In this document: piece by piece, positions 25,344-37,729 of the stretch
Layout of the letters: every line of letters starts with the position of its first letter
How positions within the stretch are numbered: position 1 is the stretch's first letter
Translations under genes and position numbers: made by a program
Notes under the pieces: model-generated
Told to the model about the DNA's origin: nothing
Seen by the model: only the letters and a program-made list of their open reading frames with translations
Databases searched by the model: none
Assembly: GCF_001194135.2 (NCBI RefSeq)
Contig: NC_068997.1
Span: forward strand, 22,180,980-22,226,890
Source of the DNA: Octopus bimaculoides
Lineage: Eukaryota
Length of the DNA stretch: 45,911 bases
Reading direction: 5' to 3'

Positions 25344-25929
25344 NNNNNNNNNNNNNNNNNNNNNNNNNNNNNNNNNNNNNNNNNNNNNNNNNNNNNNNNN
25401 NNNNNNNNNNNNNNNNNNNNNNNNNNNNNNNNNNNNNNNNNNNNNNNNNNNNNNNNNNNNNNNNNNNNNNNNNNNNNNNNNNNNNNNNNNNNNNNNNNNN
25501 NNNNNNNNNNNNNNNNNNNNNNNNNNNNNNNNNNNNNNNNNNNNNNNNNNNNNNNNNNNNNNNNNNNNNNNNNNNNNNNNNNNNNNNNNNNNNNNNNNNN
25601 NNNNNNNNNNNNNNNNNNNNNNNNNNNNNNNNNNNNNNNNNNNNNNNNNNNNNNNNNNNNNNNNNNNNNNNNNNNNNNNNNNNNNNNNNNNNNNNNNNNN
25701 NNNNNNNNNNNATATATATATATATATATATATATACACGTGCTGTTGGTGACTGCTTTTCATTCATTGGACTTTTCCTTCTCTCCTTTCTGATGAATAG
25801 CTATACTCGAAACGTCAAAGACTCTCTTTTTTATCGAGCGTCAAGCTAATACATTGTTTGTGCACATCCTCTTGTAGCCTGGTAATTTCATTATTTGTTT
25901 GTTTGAATTGATTGTTTATATGAATTGTC

Positions 25930-25972
<43 letters not shown>

Positions 25973-26019
25973 AAGTGTGTGATGTGTGCGAATGTGTCCG
26001 TGAGTGAGTGTGTTTATGT

Positions 26020-26225
26020 CTTTGTGTTTGTGTCTGCCATTTCCCAACACTTGACAAAGTGTTTTGGCTTGTTTATAACTAAGCAACTTAGCGGTTCACC
26101 AACGAAGCCCTCAGAGAGTAAGCATCATACTTTAAAGATTTTGATTACTGGCGTCGATTTCTAAAATCCTTTAAGGCCGGGCCCTGATATACACCTGCAA
26201 CCGTGTGGCTGAAACACGTGAAAGA
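26020..26225 (+). mobile_element. SINE family A tail, diverged
   Basis: gtgtctgccatttcccaacacttgacaaag...aacttagcggttcacc...ggcgtcgatttc...gtggctgaaacacgtgaaag. Confidence 0.6.
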
Positions 26226-26704
26226 AAAGATGAAAAAACATCAATGACCAATGAAATTTGTCGCAAAATATAAGATCACTACTTGGAATCACATCTGTAG
26301 AAAACATATCCTTATAGTTTATAATACTGCAAAGCACTCCATTTGCTGGAAATTGACGTAAGCCTTACAAAATAATAACTGAAATTAGAACTAAATTCTA
26401 AATGCTAGTCGAAGGATGCACTTTTGTATTTTTTTAAATGAATCTGTCAAATTCTTATCGATTTTTACTCTTATCTATAATGAATTTTCACAATACTTGT
26501 GACGTATTCTGAATACTTGCGTCTATGAGTACATACGTACATAACGCATACATACATACACAAACACATACATACATACATATATACATACATACATACT
26601 GATATACATTTATACATAAAAGCACGCAAATAAACACAATTTATATGTGCATATCTGTATATTTGTGTTTGTCAGTGCTTATATTTCTATAAGGTGTCTA
26701 TCTA

Positions 26705-26753
<49 letters not shown>

Positions 26754-27212
26754 NNNNNNNNNNNNNNNNNNNNNNNNNNNNNNNNNNNNNNNNNNNNNNN
26801 NNNNNNNNNNNNNNNNNNNNNNNNNNNNNNNNNNNNNNNNNNNNNNNNNNNNNNNNNNNNNNNNNNNNNNNNNNNNNNNNNNNNNNNNNNNNNNNNNNNN
26901 NNNNNNNNNNNNNNNNNNNNNNNNNNNNNNNNNNNNNNNNNNNNNNNNNNNNNNNNNNNNNNNNNNNNNNNNNNNNNNNNNNNNNNNNNNNNNNNNNNNN
27001 NNNNNNNNNNNNNNNNNNNNNNNNNNNNNNNNNNNNNNNNNNNNNNNNNNNNNNNNNNNNNNNNNNNNNNNNNNNNNNNNNNNNNNNNNNNNNNNNNNNN
27101 NNNNNNNNNNNNNNNNNNNNNNNNNNNNNNNNNNNNNNNNNNNNNNNNNNNNNNNNNNNNNNNNNNNNNNNNNNNNNNNNNNNNNNNNNNNNNNNNNNNN
27201 NNNNNNNNNNNN

Positions 27213-27263
<51 letters not shown>

Positions 27264-27687
27264 CATATATTTATATATATACAGAGAGAGAGAGAGAGAG
27301 CGAGATATATGCATACATACATAGTCACACTGACTTGGACACCAAAGAGACAACATATGTGGATTATTTTTGTCTTCAAAGACTTCTTTTTTACCCACTC
27401 TTAATATTTTATCATATCATCATTCTATAACTATGACTACAGTGACGTATCGCATGTCTAGACGTGGTTGATATTATCATCATAGAGAGAATGACCTCAC
27501 TTTATAATCGTTCTTCCAAGCGAAAGATGCAGAGATGTTTTCTATGATAGAGAATAGAAAATAGACGTATATTTTTCACCTCATATAAAAAGAGTATGAG
27601 GAAGAAAAAGTAATAAATAAGAGATAAATGCAATAGTAATACTTGATAAAGTAGTTTATACAAACATTGATATAAAGTCACATTCCC

Positions 27688-27743
<56 letters not shown>

Positions 27744-28104
27744 ATGTAGATATATATATATATATTTGTATACATATGTGTATATATGTGCGTGTGTGTG
27801 TGTGTATGTATATATATATATATATATATATATANNNNNNNNNNNNNNNNNNNNNNNNNNNNNNNNNNNNNNNNNNNNNNNNNNNNNNNNNNNNNNNNNN
27901 NNNNNNNNNNNNNNNNNNNNNNNNNNNNNNNNNNNNNNNNNNNNNNNNNNNNNNNNNNNNNNNNNNNNNNNNNNNNNNNNNNNNNNNNNNNNNNNNNNNN
28001 NNNNNNNNNNNNNNNNNNNNNNNNNNNNNNNNNNNNNNNNNNNNNNNNNNNNNNNNNNNNNNNNNNNNNNNNNNNNNNNNNNNNNNNNNNNNNNNNNNNN
28101 NNNN

Positions 28105-28135
<31 letters not shown>

Positions 28136-29164
28136 CAAAAGGATGTGTTATAATACTATTCTTCATATACAAAAAGATCCATACCAAAAATCCAACATAC
28201 CTCGCTCATCAGCTGCCCCACGGATATCATTATGGTTTCGACACCTGTGCAGTATCATTCAATCCGGCGGTGTCAACAGCACTAAAATAAGTGTTGTTTG
28301 GGAACAACCATACGAAAGAAACCACCACTTTCAAACACGATTACCGTATGTACACCAGCATCGCTAAATAAATTCAGTAAGGAAATTACAACGAAATTAC
28401 AATACGTAACTAAACACCGACAAATCCATTAAGTCATACATAAATTATATTCCTTACCGTCCTCCATAATATAATATAAAAGTGAAAACTAAATAACAAC
28501 ATTCATTCATTCTAAATATAGGCAGAATTAAAGAGTAGCTTTAAAATTATACTACAACAAAGAAACACATAAATCTATGTGCATCTGTGTCAGAATTAAT
28601 AATAACCTACAAAACCTAAATTATATACTAAATTGCGACCAATCTTTAAGTCCATATAAATAATAATCCATCAGTCTTCCATAGCTACTAATATAATAAT
28701 AAAAAAATGTGAAAGCTATATATTCAATTCTCTCCAAAACAAAACACGACTGAATTTAATTTAACGAATAATATAATAATTACTAGTGAAATACATTATT
28801 TCATAATACAAAAGTTAATAATAAAACACTACATGCTCATTAATATATATTACTCTTACAAGCTTTAATGTAAAATTACCAGTAACTAACAGAAACATTA
28901 TATTTTATTATATAGGAACTAACAAAATCATACTTGTAATTAACTATTATTATAAAACCTTGCTACGATTAAAGCTAAATTAAAACCGTTAAAAAAGATA
29001 ATAAAACTACAATGTATTACCGCTTGCATGTATTTTCAAACCACGTTGTTCCATCACCTCTAGAACTTAAAAGACTATCTTAACTATTGACGATATAGTA
29101 CGTAATTACTTCCTCAATTGTTTCAAACAATATTGGTGACGTAGTAAGCAAATAGCGTTAATCT

Positions 29165-29935
29165 TTAGAAATATTTGCTAAGTTGAAGACTAGATACTAT
29201 TCCATATTTATTTAAAATTTCAAATCTCCCACCTAAACTGCGATTAAAAGTTTTAACTAATTTACCATATCTATACCATTGTTTTACTTTTATTCTTTCC
29301 AAAAATATATTAGCATTATTCGTAATAGAACTATATCTTACAATTGGCCCTGCAGAAATTCCAATAAAAGAAGGAAGGAATTCTACTACTGAACAATGGT
29401 ACTGAAGCCACTTGGAAACCAAAATCTTCTGTTTTATTATAAATGTCAGTACATATTTCATTATTATCCTTAATTACTAAATAATTAATATTGCTTATAT
29501 CGTTACCATTTCTGGTGGTTATAAGCTCACTAGGATATATTTTTCTGAGTAAAAGTTCAAAGAAACCATAAAAGTAAACCAATCTTTTTCTTCGAACATA
29601 CGTCTTTAAGAAAAAGGAACTCGCAAGAAGAAAGATAAATGTCCGCCAACGGAGGGCTACGGTTGCCACCCATTGGAATTCCCCTAACCAGCTTAAACAC
29701 CCTACTCGCAAACATTACAAACGAATTATAATAAAACTAACCATATCTTCCGCCGTTCTTTTACTTATATTAGTATGTCCCTTATAACAAACAACAATTA
29801 GACAAGAAACCTTTGCCATTCTTTAAAGATATATATTTATATGGAAGAAGCGACCGCGAACAAATTTTCTCCACAGGATCGACGTGGTTTTTTGTTCATT
29901 TTCTTTCAATGATCATGGAGTGTAATAAAACGATC
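29165..29935 (-). mobile_element. Penelope-like retroelement reverse transcriptase remnant (Naiad/Chlamys-like), pseudogenised
   Basis: Across frameshifts: DRFITLHDH*KK ... YKYISLKNGKGF ... EDMVSFII/NSFVMFASRVFKLVRGIPMGGNRSPPLADIYLSSCEFLFLKDV ... FELLLRKIYPSELITTRNGNDISNINYLVIKDNNEICTDIYNKTEDFGFQVASVPLFSSRIPS/SFIGISAGPIVRYSSITNNANIFLERIKVKQWYRYGKLVKTFNRSLGGRFEILNKYGIVSSLQLSKYF*. This matches the PLE RT motifs GIPMGxNxxPxLAD, IYPxEL, YDKxxDFxF and SxIP. The YIDD segment is deleted. Confidence 0.9.
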
Positions 29936-30094
29936 GCATGCATACATATACAGAAACATACATATACACACACATACATCCAACCAGTTAGAGAAATGAA
30001 TAGAAACATACATATACATGTATATATATATATGTATGTATTTAGATGCATGTGTGTATCTATGTATATATATATACATATACATACAGACATA

Positions 30095-30162
<68 letters not shown>

Positions 30163-31183
30163 AATATGTATACACATGCGTGTGTGCATTCATATGTATA
30201 TGTGTACATGTGTGTGGTGTGTAGGTTTATGTCGAAAATAAGACACAGAAAGCAATCGTGTATGTATGAGTGTTTGAATCTCCATGTGTCATATATATTA
30301 ATTTTGATACGGAATGAGAAGTGTGGATGAGGTGGGTAAGCGTTTCACTTCAAAGCTTTCCTTTTGAAAGCTCTATGATTCATATGCGTAATAATAATGT
30401 GTAATATACATACATGTTTGAAGCTATGTCTGCGGATGTTCAAGGGAATTCTACTGACGCTGAGACAGTATATCTTAGACAATTAAGATAATGGACTAAT
30501 ATCTTTGAAACAACAGTAAAAATAACAAGAAAAGCAACAACAATGACGAAAGAAAATGAGAATAACAACAAATTCAAGAACAAAAACAACAACACAAACA
30601 TTGACTTTAATTATGTGAGGACAGAAACAACACCGACTGCAACAGTGAAATTAAAAATAAAATGAAGTAATCAACAACCCAATCAAAGATATAAAATTAA
30701 ATAAAATCGTCATTAATTTAATGAATAGTGAAAGTAAAACAGCAAAAAGAAAAGAAAATCTTGGTTTTAAAGCAAAAGTTTTAAATTCTTCTCTGAAGAA
30801 TTCCTGAACCAAACTTTGAGAAACTAACAGAAACTAAACTCCTATATTAACAAGCCTGTCGTCGATAGCAAGATATCGATTACGTCACGTGATATGCCAT
30901 TCTTCATCCATCTCGTGGCTTGTGTCTGCTCCTTGAGAGCAAATAATCACCCAATAAATCTTCGTATCGAAACTCAATCGTTAATTCTTCGTGTTAATAT
31001 TATTAACACAAAAGGAGTGGAAGATTACAGATCCGGAAGCATAAATTAGGCAATGTACATATATACATATATATATATTTATGTATGTATGTATGTATGT
31101 ATGTATGTATGCATGCATGTATGTATGTATGTATGTATGTATGTATATATATATAAATATATATATAGATCTATATAAACATG

Positions 31184-31221
<38 letters not shown>

Positions 31222-31589
31222 ATAAANNNNNNNNNNNNNNNNNNNNNNNNNNNNNNNNNNNNNNNNNNNNNNNNNNNNNNNNNNNNNNNNNNNNNNNNNN
31301 NNNNNNNNNNNNNNNNNNNNNNNNNNNNNNNNNNNNNNNNNNNNNNNNNNNNNNNNNNNNNNNNNNNNNNNNNNNNNNNNNNNNNNNNNNNNNNNNNNNN
31401 NNNNNNNNNNNNNNNNNNNNNNNNNNNNNNNNNNNNNNNNNNNNNNNNNNNNNNNNNNNNNNNNNNNNNNNNNNNNNNNNNNNNNNNNNNNNNNNNNNNN
31501 NNNNNNNNNNNNNNNNNNNNNNNNNNNNNNNNNNNNNNNNNNNNNNNNNNNNNNNNNNNNNNNNNNNATCGTATCTAATTAACAATCAT

Positions 31590-32189
31590 TACTATCATTA
31601 TTAATAATAGTGAAGTACGTATTGTCTTCATTATCATCACTAACACCACTACCTCCCCGTCATCATCATCATCGTCATCATCATCATCGTCATCATCGTC
31701 ATCGTCATCATCATCGTCATCATCATCATCGTCATCATCTTCATCACAAGTAGCAGCAGTGGCCGTAGTGGAAGTCATTACTGCCCCCACCTACAGGAAC
31801 CACTAACACCACCACGATCATCCTTTACTAAATGTCACCACACGCCTGAAATCGCATCCTGTACATGCTCTAACTGATCACCAACGCTACCATCACCATC
31901 ATCTTCATCGTCTTCATCTTCATCATCGTTGGCATCATCGTCATCATCGTCGTCGTCGTCATCATCATCATCATTATCGCCGTCATCATCGTCGTCATCA
32001 TCATCTTCATCAACATCATCATCATAGTCGTCGGCGTCGTGGGTGCTGTGTTTGTCGACTTCATTAATATCAGATTTCATGACACTTGTTATCGCTATTG
32101 TAAGTTTTAATTAATACCATCACCGCAAATAATCACTATCGTCGTCGTCGTCCTCATCCTTCCCCTCCTTTTCATCATCATCATCCTCC

Positions 32190-32223
<34 letters not shown>

Positions 32224-32335
32224 TATCATCATCGTCGTCGTCTATTGCCAGTGTGCACATTGCCGTAATCAAAACCTACCATGACGGTTTTCATCGTTAT
32301 CAGCAGTTGATGCTAATGAATGGATTGATAGTAAT

Positions 32336-32400
<65 letters not shown>

Positions 32401-32440
32401 TAATTATTGATGATGATGATCATGATGATGTGTGATATTA
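31590..32440. repeat. Degenerate (CAT/CGT)n array with an (ACT)n block
   Basis: Seen directly. It is the source of the poly-D, poly-M and poly-T ORFs. Confidence 0.95.
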
Positions 32441-32739
32441 ATAATTATAGCAGGACTAACGATGACAACATCTCAGTACCTCAGTACCTCAGTTCCAAAA
32501 TAATGGATGACATTGTTATTCTTCGTGTGATTTGAACTGAAAACGTAGAGTAACACAACTCAGTAGTTTGAATCATTTTGCTCTATGCCGAACCAGCCTC
32601 AATTCACTCCTCTCAAGGATCAATACATGGAATTCAGTATGTGTCATACAAAACAGATTAGAGAACATGTGGAGATGTACATTATGCAATTAGCGGGAAC
32701 AAAATATCATATAATATATTAGTTTTAAATTTTGATACA

Positions 32740-32900
32740 AGGCCAGCAATTTGGCTTGCAATTTCGAGTGGTGGGGGGGGGGGCTAAGCCGATTACATCG
32801 ATCCCAGTATGCAACTGGTATTGATTTTATCTACACCGAAAGGATGGAAGGCAAAGTTGACCCCAGAGGAATTTGAACTCAGAACGTAAAGACAGAGTTC
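32740..32900 (-). mobile_element. SINE family B, partial
   Basis: gccgattacatcgatcccagtatgcaactggta...ccgaaaggatggaaggcaaagttgaccccagaggaatttgaactcagaacgtaaagac. Confidence 0.85.
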
Positions 32901-33030
32901 CAATTCCATCGAGGTCGACTTTGCCTTCCATCCTTTCGGGTTCGATAAATTAAGTACCAATTGCTTACTGGGGTCGATCTAATCGACTGAACCCTCCTCC
33001 AAAATGTCTGGCCTTGTGCCTAGATTAGAA
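32901..33030 (+). mobile_element. SINE family B, partial, inverted relative to its neighbour
   Basis: caattccatcgaggtcgactttgccttccatcctttcggg...taagtacc...ggggtcgatctaatcgac...ggccttgtgcctag. Confidence 0.88.
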
Positions 33031-34282
33031 AAGAATATATAACGACTGTTTTGTTCCAATTAAATTTTGGTTGTACTCGAGCTGTAAATAACTAACTGCC
33101 CATGCGGTCACTAGTTTTATTCATAAATTTTAATTTTCTTGGAGATGTCATTGTATAGTGAAGCAATCTTAAACTCTGAACACCTGACCGAAGATGGCAG
33201 GACTGAGGACTGCTACAAAGTTACAGGTCAATATTATCGGAGGATTTGGACTTATCCAAATTAATCATTATGCAACAAAAAGTGGATTTATTAGCCACAA
33301 TTCCTTAGATACGCCATAGAACTGCATTTTGAAATGATATTTTTTGGTATCGTACATTTATTCTCTTCTGTTGCTTATCTATTCCTTTCTCTGTATGTTT
33401 CTATACAAAGGATTTCATACGAAATGTCAGGCTCTCCTATGTATGTTTCTTGCGTTAGCGTATTAAGCTTCATTGTACAATTCTTTGTTTGTTGATATTT
33501 TCGCTTTATATTTCCATGCTTTGCAGTCACATACATTCGCACGTCTCGTTCTATATAGCATTTTAAATTTCTTTCTTTCTATTTTTAAATCAAATTTTTG
33601 ACTTACTGTTTGCGTAATTTTTATATATTCATAATTTACAGAATTATTTGCCGAGTAATTCGCCACTACTTCGTGGATTTATCATAATATAGAAATACGC
33701 ATACACATTCACATAAATAGATGTATATGTGTGTATGAGCACGCATATTTACGCTTACATGATGTATATGTGTGTTCAACGTTTAAATTAGAAACATCCG
33801 CGAAGATAAATGGAGAGAATGAGAAGTTAGTAGTAACATATTGTAATGCATACGCAAGCAGCATTTCTGTAGATAAGTCACTTCACTTGAGGCCAGCCTC
33901 CAGCATCAACTTTTGATTTATGCTCGTAGTTTTAAGGTTACAGTAGCGGGTTTAAAGAGATAAGGGAATTTAGCGAATGTAGAAGACTAAATGTGATTAA
34001 ACTATTATTTAAAATCTGCTGATTTCCTTTTCTATAGAATAAAGACGAAACATTATATACTACCATATTTTATTTATATACTATTATATACTATTATAAT
34101 ACACCTCTGTTATTTCGTTTAATATTTTTTGCTTTTAATCGTTAGTATGTGGCCATAATGCGCACTCCATGAAGAGCATTGTTGATTGTTATTATTCAAC
34201 GACAATAAAAATCGACCTAGGCAGGATTAGTTACATAAGCATAAAGAACTATGTTCTTTTTCGATAATATACAGATCTAATG

Positions 34283-34326
<44 letters not shown>

Positions 34327-34394
34327 NNNNNNNNNNATACATATATACGCACACACGCACACGTACACATATATAGATCGCTAGCCACTACACA

Positions 34395-34515
34395 TTCTTT
34401 TTTTCTTACCATGTTTCTTTCTGTTTCTTTCTGCGGAAGAGCGTAGGCTCGAAACGTTAGACTTTTTCACTTCCTGAGCGTTACACTAATACATCTATTT
34501 TTTGTCTTCACCACA
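34395..34515 (+). mobile_element. Penelope-like element terminal fragment
   Basis: A pyrimidine-rich lead-in, the hammerhead motif, then acttcctgagcgttacactaatacatc. It shares layout and ttcctgagcgt with 24600-24840. Confidence 0.6.
34431..34458 (+). ncRNA. Minimal type I hammerhead ribozyme motif (A6C variant)
   Basis: ctgcgga-a-gagc-gtag-gctc-gaaa-cgtt. It has a 4-bp stem II and a palindromic AACGTT, and a short stem I is possible between upstream ttt and downstream aga. Confidence 0.65.
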
Positions 34516-34554
34516 TGTGTGTGCGTGCGCGCGTGCGTGAGTAGTATGTGTTTC

Positions 34555-34750
34555 GGTGTTAGTCCCCCCCATCATCACTTGACAACCGATTGTGGTGTAT
34601 TTACGCCCCCGTAACCTAGCGGTTCAGCAAAAGAGCGACCAATAGAATAAGTACTAAGCTTACAAAAGTCCAGGGGTCGATTTTCTCGACTTAAAATGCG
34701 GTACTCTAGCATGGCCGCAGTCAAATGACGGAAACAAATAAAAGAATAAA
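34555..34750 (+). mobile_element. SINE family A, 3' half
   Basis: ccccccatcatcacttgacaaccgattgtggtgtatttacgcccccgtaacctagcggttcagcaaaag...catggccgcagtcaaatgacggaaacaaataaaagaataaaagaa. Confidence 0.88.
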
Positions 34751-35027
34751 AGAATTTCTATATAAATGAAATCAAAAGTCCTTGTTATGCCTTGCCTAAT
34801 TGGTTGGCTTTCCTCGCTACTTTAAACTATACTTACTTACCGGGAAGCCACCTTTAGTTGTTTTGAACAAGACAATCACATAACCACGACTTCAACTGCT
34901 GTTCAAACTGGAATTTTGGCCGCACACCTCTCTTAAAAGTTAGAAGAAATACCTATTAGTTTGAGTCATCTTGACGAAAACTTCTCATATCTTCTGTCTG
35001 GTGTCTGTCTATCTCTCTTTCTGTGTT

Positions 35028-35089
<62 letters not shown>

Positions 35090-35098
35090 TATATATCT

Positions 35099-35156
<58 letters not shown>

Positions 35157-35236
35157 GTGGCCATATTGGAGCAATCTCGAGTGTAACCAGCCGAAACTGC
35201 AAAGATAATCTGGAACTCGACTGAGGGGGGACATAG

Positions 35237-35436
35237 GGGGGACAAACAAGGACAGACAAAGGGATTAAGTCGATTATATCGACCCCAGTGTGTAACTGGT
35301 ACTTAATTTATCGACCCCGAAAGGATGAAAAGCAAATTCGACTTGGGCGGAATTTGAAATCAGAACGTAACAGCAGTCGAAATACCGCTAAGCATTTCGC
35401 CCAGCGTGCTAAGGTTTCTGCCAGCTCACCGCCTTA
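35237..35436 (-). mobile_element. SINE family B, near full length
   Basis: ggggacaaacaaggacagacaaagggattaagtcgattatatcgaccccag...tttctgccagctcaccgcctt. Confidence 0.92.
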
Positions 35437-36010
35437 AGCACATACCTATTGTGTCCATATGCAAGAGCACTTCGGTGCAACAATTCATTAATACCCTAAA
35501 ACCATAAGTGGATGTTTGACCATAGCATATATATTTTGGCCGTTTATACACATCTGTTGAATATATATAATACATGGTATAATAAATTATTGCTAACTTC
35601 AAACCATATCTTGATATTAATTTTCTCATATAGACCGACGCACACATATATACACTTGTCTTCGTCGCTTGTTTTTCTGTAAATTTCAACTATTTATTAC
35701 ATATATATATAATATCAACTATATATATATATATATATATATNNNNNNNNNNNNNNNNNNNNNNNNNNNNNNNNNNNNNNNNNNNNNNNNNNNNNNNNNN
35801 NNNNNNNNNNNNNNNNNNNNNNNNNNNNNNNNNNNNNNNNNNNNNNNNNNNNNNNNNNNNNNNNNNNNNNNNNNNNNNNNNNNNNNNNNNNNNNNNNNNN
35901 NNNNNNNNNNNNNNNNNNNNNNNNNNNNNNNNNNNNNNNNNNNNNNNNNNNNNNNNNNNNNNNNNNNNNNNNNNNNNNNNNNNNNNNNNNNNNNNNNNNN
36001 NNNNNNNNNN

Positions 36011-36202
36011 GCGACTGCGGCCATGCTGAAGCACCGCCCTTTAGTCAAACAAATCGACCCCAAGACTTATTGTTTGTTAGCCTAGTACTTATTCTATCGG
36101 TCTCTTTTGCCGAACCACTAATATACGGGACGTAAACACACCAGCTTCGGTTGTCAAGCGATGTTGAGGGGGACAAACACAGACACACGCACACACGCAC
36201 AC

Positions 36203-36241
<39 letters not shown>

Positions 36242-36404
36242 CGACGGTCTTCTTTCAATTTCCGTCTACCAAATCCACTCACAAGTCTTTGGTCAGACCA
36301 AGTCTATAGCAGAAGACATTTGCCCAAGGTGCCAAGCAGTAGGACTGAACCCGCAACCATGTGGTTGGTAAGCAAGCTACAGACGACACAACCACTCCTG
36401 TGCC
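36011..36404 (-). mobile_element. SINE family A, near full length
   Basis: Reverse complement of the 6870-7255 architecture: tail 36011-36185, (CA)n spacer, head 36241-36404. Confidence 0.9.
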
Positions 36405-36516
36405 TATATACTGTATAAAGAATACGGAAGCAACTACATCATAAAATTTTTTTCGATTTAATTTTGCAGTTGGTCATACAGCATAATTGCTTCGCTACAA
36501 TGACCAACACGTGTTT

Positions 36517-36586
36517 CTGCAGCACGCAGTATCTGCAGCACGCAGTATCTGCAGCACGCAGTATCTGCAGCACGCAGTATCTGCAG
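36517..36586. repeat. 16-bp minisatellite (ctgcagcacgcagtat), 4.4 copies
   Basis: Perfect tandem units start at 36517, 36533, 36549 and 36565, followed by ctgcag. Confidence 0.95.
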
Positions 36587-36790
36587 TAAAACATGCAGCT
36601 CAGCATAATCTTCTGTGCANNNNNNNNNNCAGTAAAACATGCAGCTCAGCATAATCTTCTGTGCACTTTTATACAAGGTCCTTCAGCAAATGTGCCTCGA
36701 GGTGAACACGTAATCTGCAACAGAAAGTTATTTTACCATATTAAAAATTCATTTATCACACAATTGAAATATGTCAATGTAAGTATATAG

Positions 36791-36841
36791 AACTCCTTGT
36801 AGTTGAGAAGCAAGCTTCTTACCACACAGCCACGCCTGCTC
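36791..36841 (-). mobile_element. SINE family A head fragment
   Basis: gttgagaagcaagcttcttaccacacagccacgcctgc is the reverse complement of the head at 6870. Confidence 0.8.
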
Positions 36842-37375
36842 GTGTATATATATATATTTATCAGTCCTTGATATATAAGCAATCCTTGATATATGACTTA
36901 GCGAAAGGAGTTGATATGTGACGTCCCTATGGAATAAAGGGTTTGTATGAAGTAACGGTCAGTTAGGCAGGTAACATAAACATTATGTCAAATTTGACAG
37001 CTTCTGCAATAAAATGGTTTAAATGAATTTTCCTCCTGGTTACAAAATTTCAAATTCCTCCTTTGATATCCCTCTAGGTTTCAAACATACATCCGGACAT
37101 GTTTATTTTAGTCTCCATTTTTTCCTTTTTCACCAATGATAGGTCTCTCATTATTTCTTCTCTCTCTGTGTCTCTCTCCCTTTCTCTTTTTCCTACACAC
37201 ACATTCATATGTATATGCGCATGCGTGCTTCAATGAATGAATGTGTAAAATTTGCGGAAATATGCGGCATGGCCATAAAGTTTTTAAAAATTAATATTTG
37301 TATTTTTCTTTTCTTCCGCTGATTGTTTATGAAATTTTCTAAAGAAGTGGATCCAGACTTTACGGTCACCCTGAA

Positions 37376-37426
<51 letters not shown>

Positions 37427-37433
37427 ATCTATC

Positions 37434-37464
<31 letters not shown>

Positions 37465-37481
37465 TTATCTATCTATCAAGG

Positions 37482-37513
<32 letters not shown>

Positions 37514-37517
<4 letters not shown>

Positions 37518-37729
37518 AAATCTAACGGAGACCACAAATGACATTTTAAGATCCACAAAGATCAGAACTTATCTGCAACATTGGTGGTCCAAATCGGATG
37601 TGCAATCAATGTGGGTGTCTTTTCAGAACATTGCCTGGTTTCAAAAGCCACATCAGATGCTATGATGGTTCTAAGGTGTAGGTACAGGAGATGGTCAAAC
37701 TCTGCATAATAAGGAGTAGACAACCACCA
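37514..37729 (+). mobile_element. RTE-like LINE 3' end
   Basis: Encodes ELICNIGGPNRMCNQCGCLFRTLPGFKSHIRCYDGSKV*, a CxxC...SHIR zinc-finger-like C-terminus as in RTE ORFs. A short UTR atggtcaaactc...gacaaccacc and (AT)n follow. Confidence 0.6.

Noticed and set aside
28195-28285. GAAAC...CTGATGAG on the minus strand downstream of the PLE RT (possible hammerhead or SECIS), also an AVDTAGLNDT reading resembling a GTPase G3 motif
   Set aside because: The boxes are in an order and spacing that do not give consistent stems I-III, there is no AAR loop for a SECIS, and the peptide is short with a weak donor. Worth only an automated scan.
28380-29160. Very AT-rich, strand-biased stretch suggesting a mitochondrial insertion
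   Set aside because: No mitochondrial gene, tRNA or rRNA motif is recognisable. It is better explained as the 3' non-coding part of the adjacent Penelope-like element.
31835-32080. Acidic ORF MKSDINEVDKHSTHDADD...DQLEHVQDAISGVW, resembling an acidic biomineral-type protein
   Set aside because: It is embedded in a degenerate (CAT/CGT)n array, with no signal peptide, convincing splice context or family motif.
36517-36586. Regular repeats that could be mistaken for a CRISPR-like array
   Set aside because: The units are contiguous 16-mers with no spacers. The context is eukaryotic and has no cas genes.
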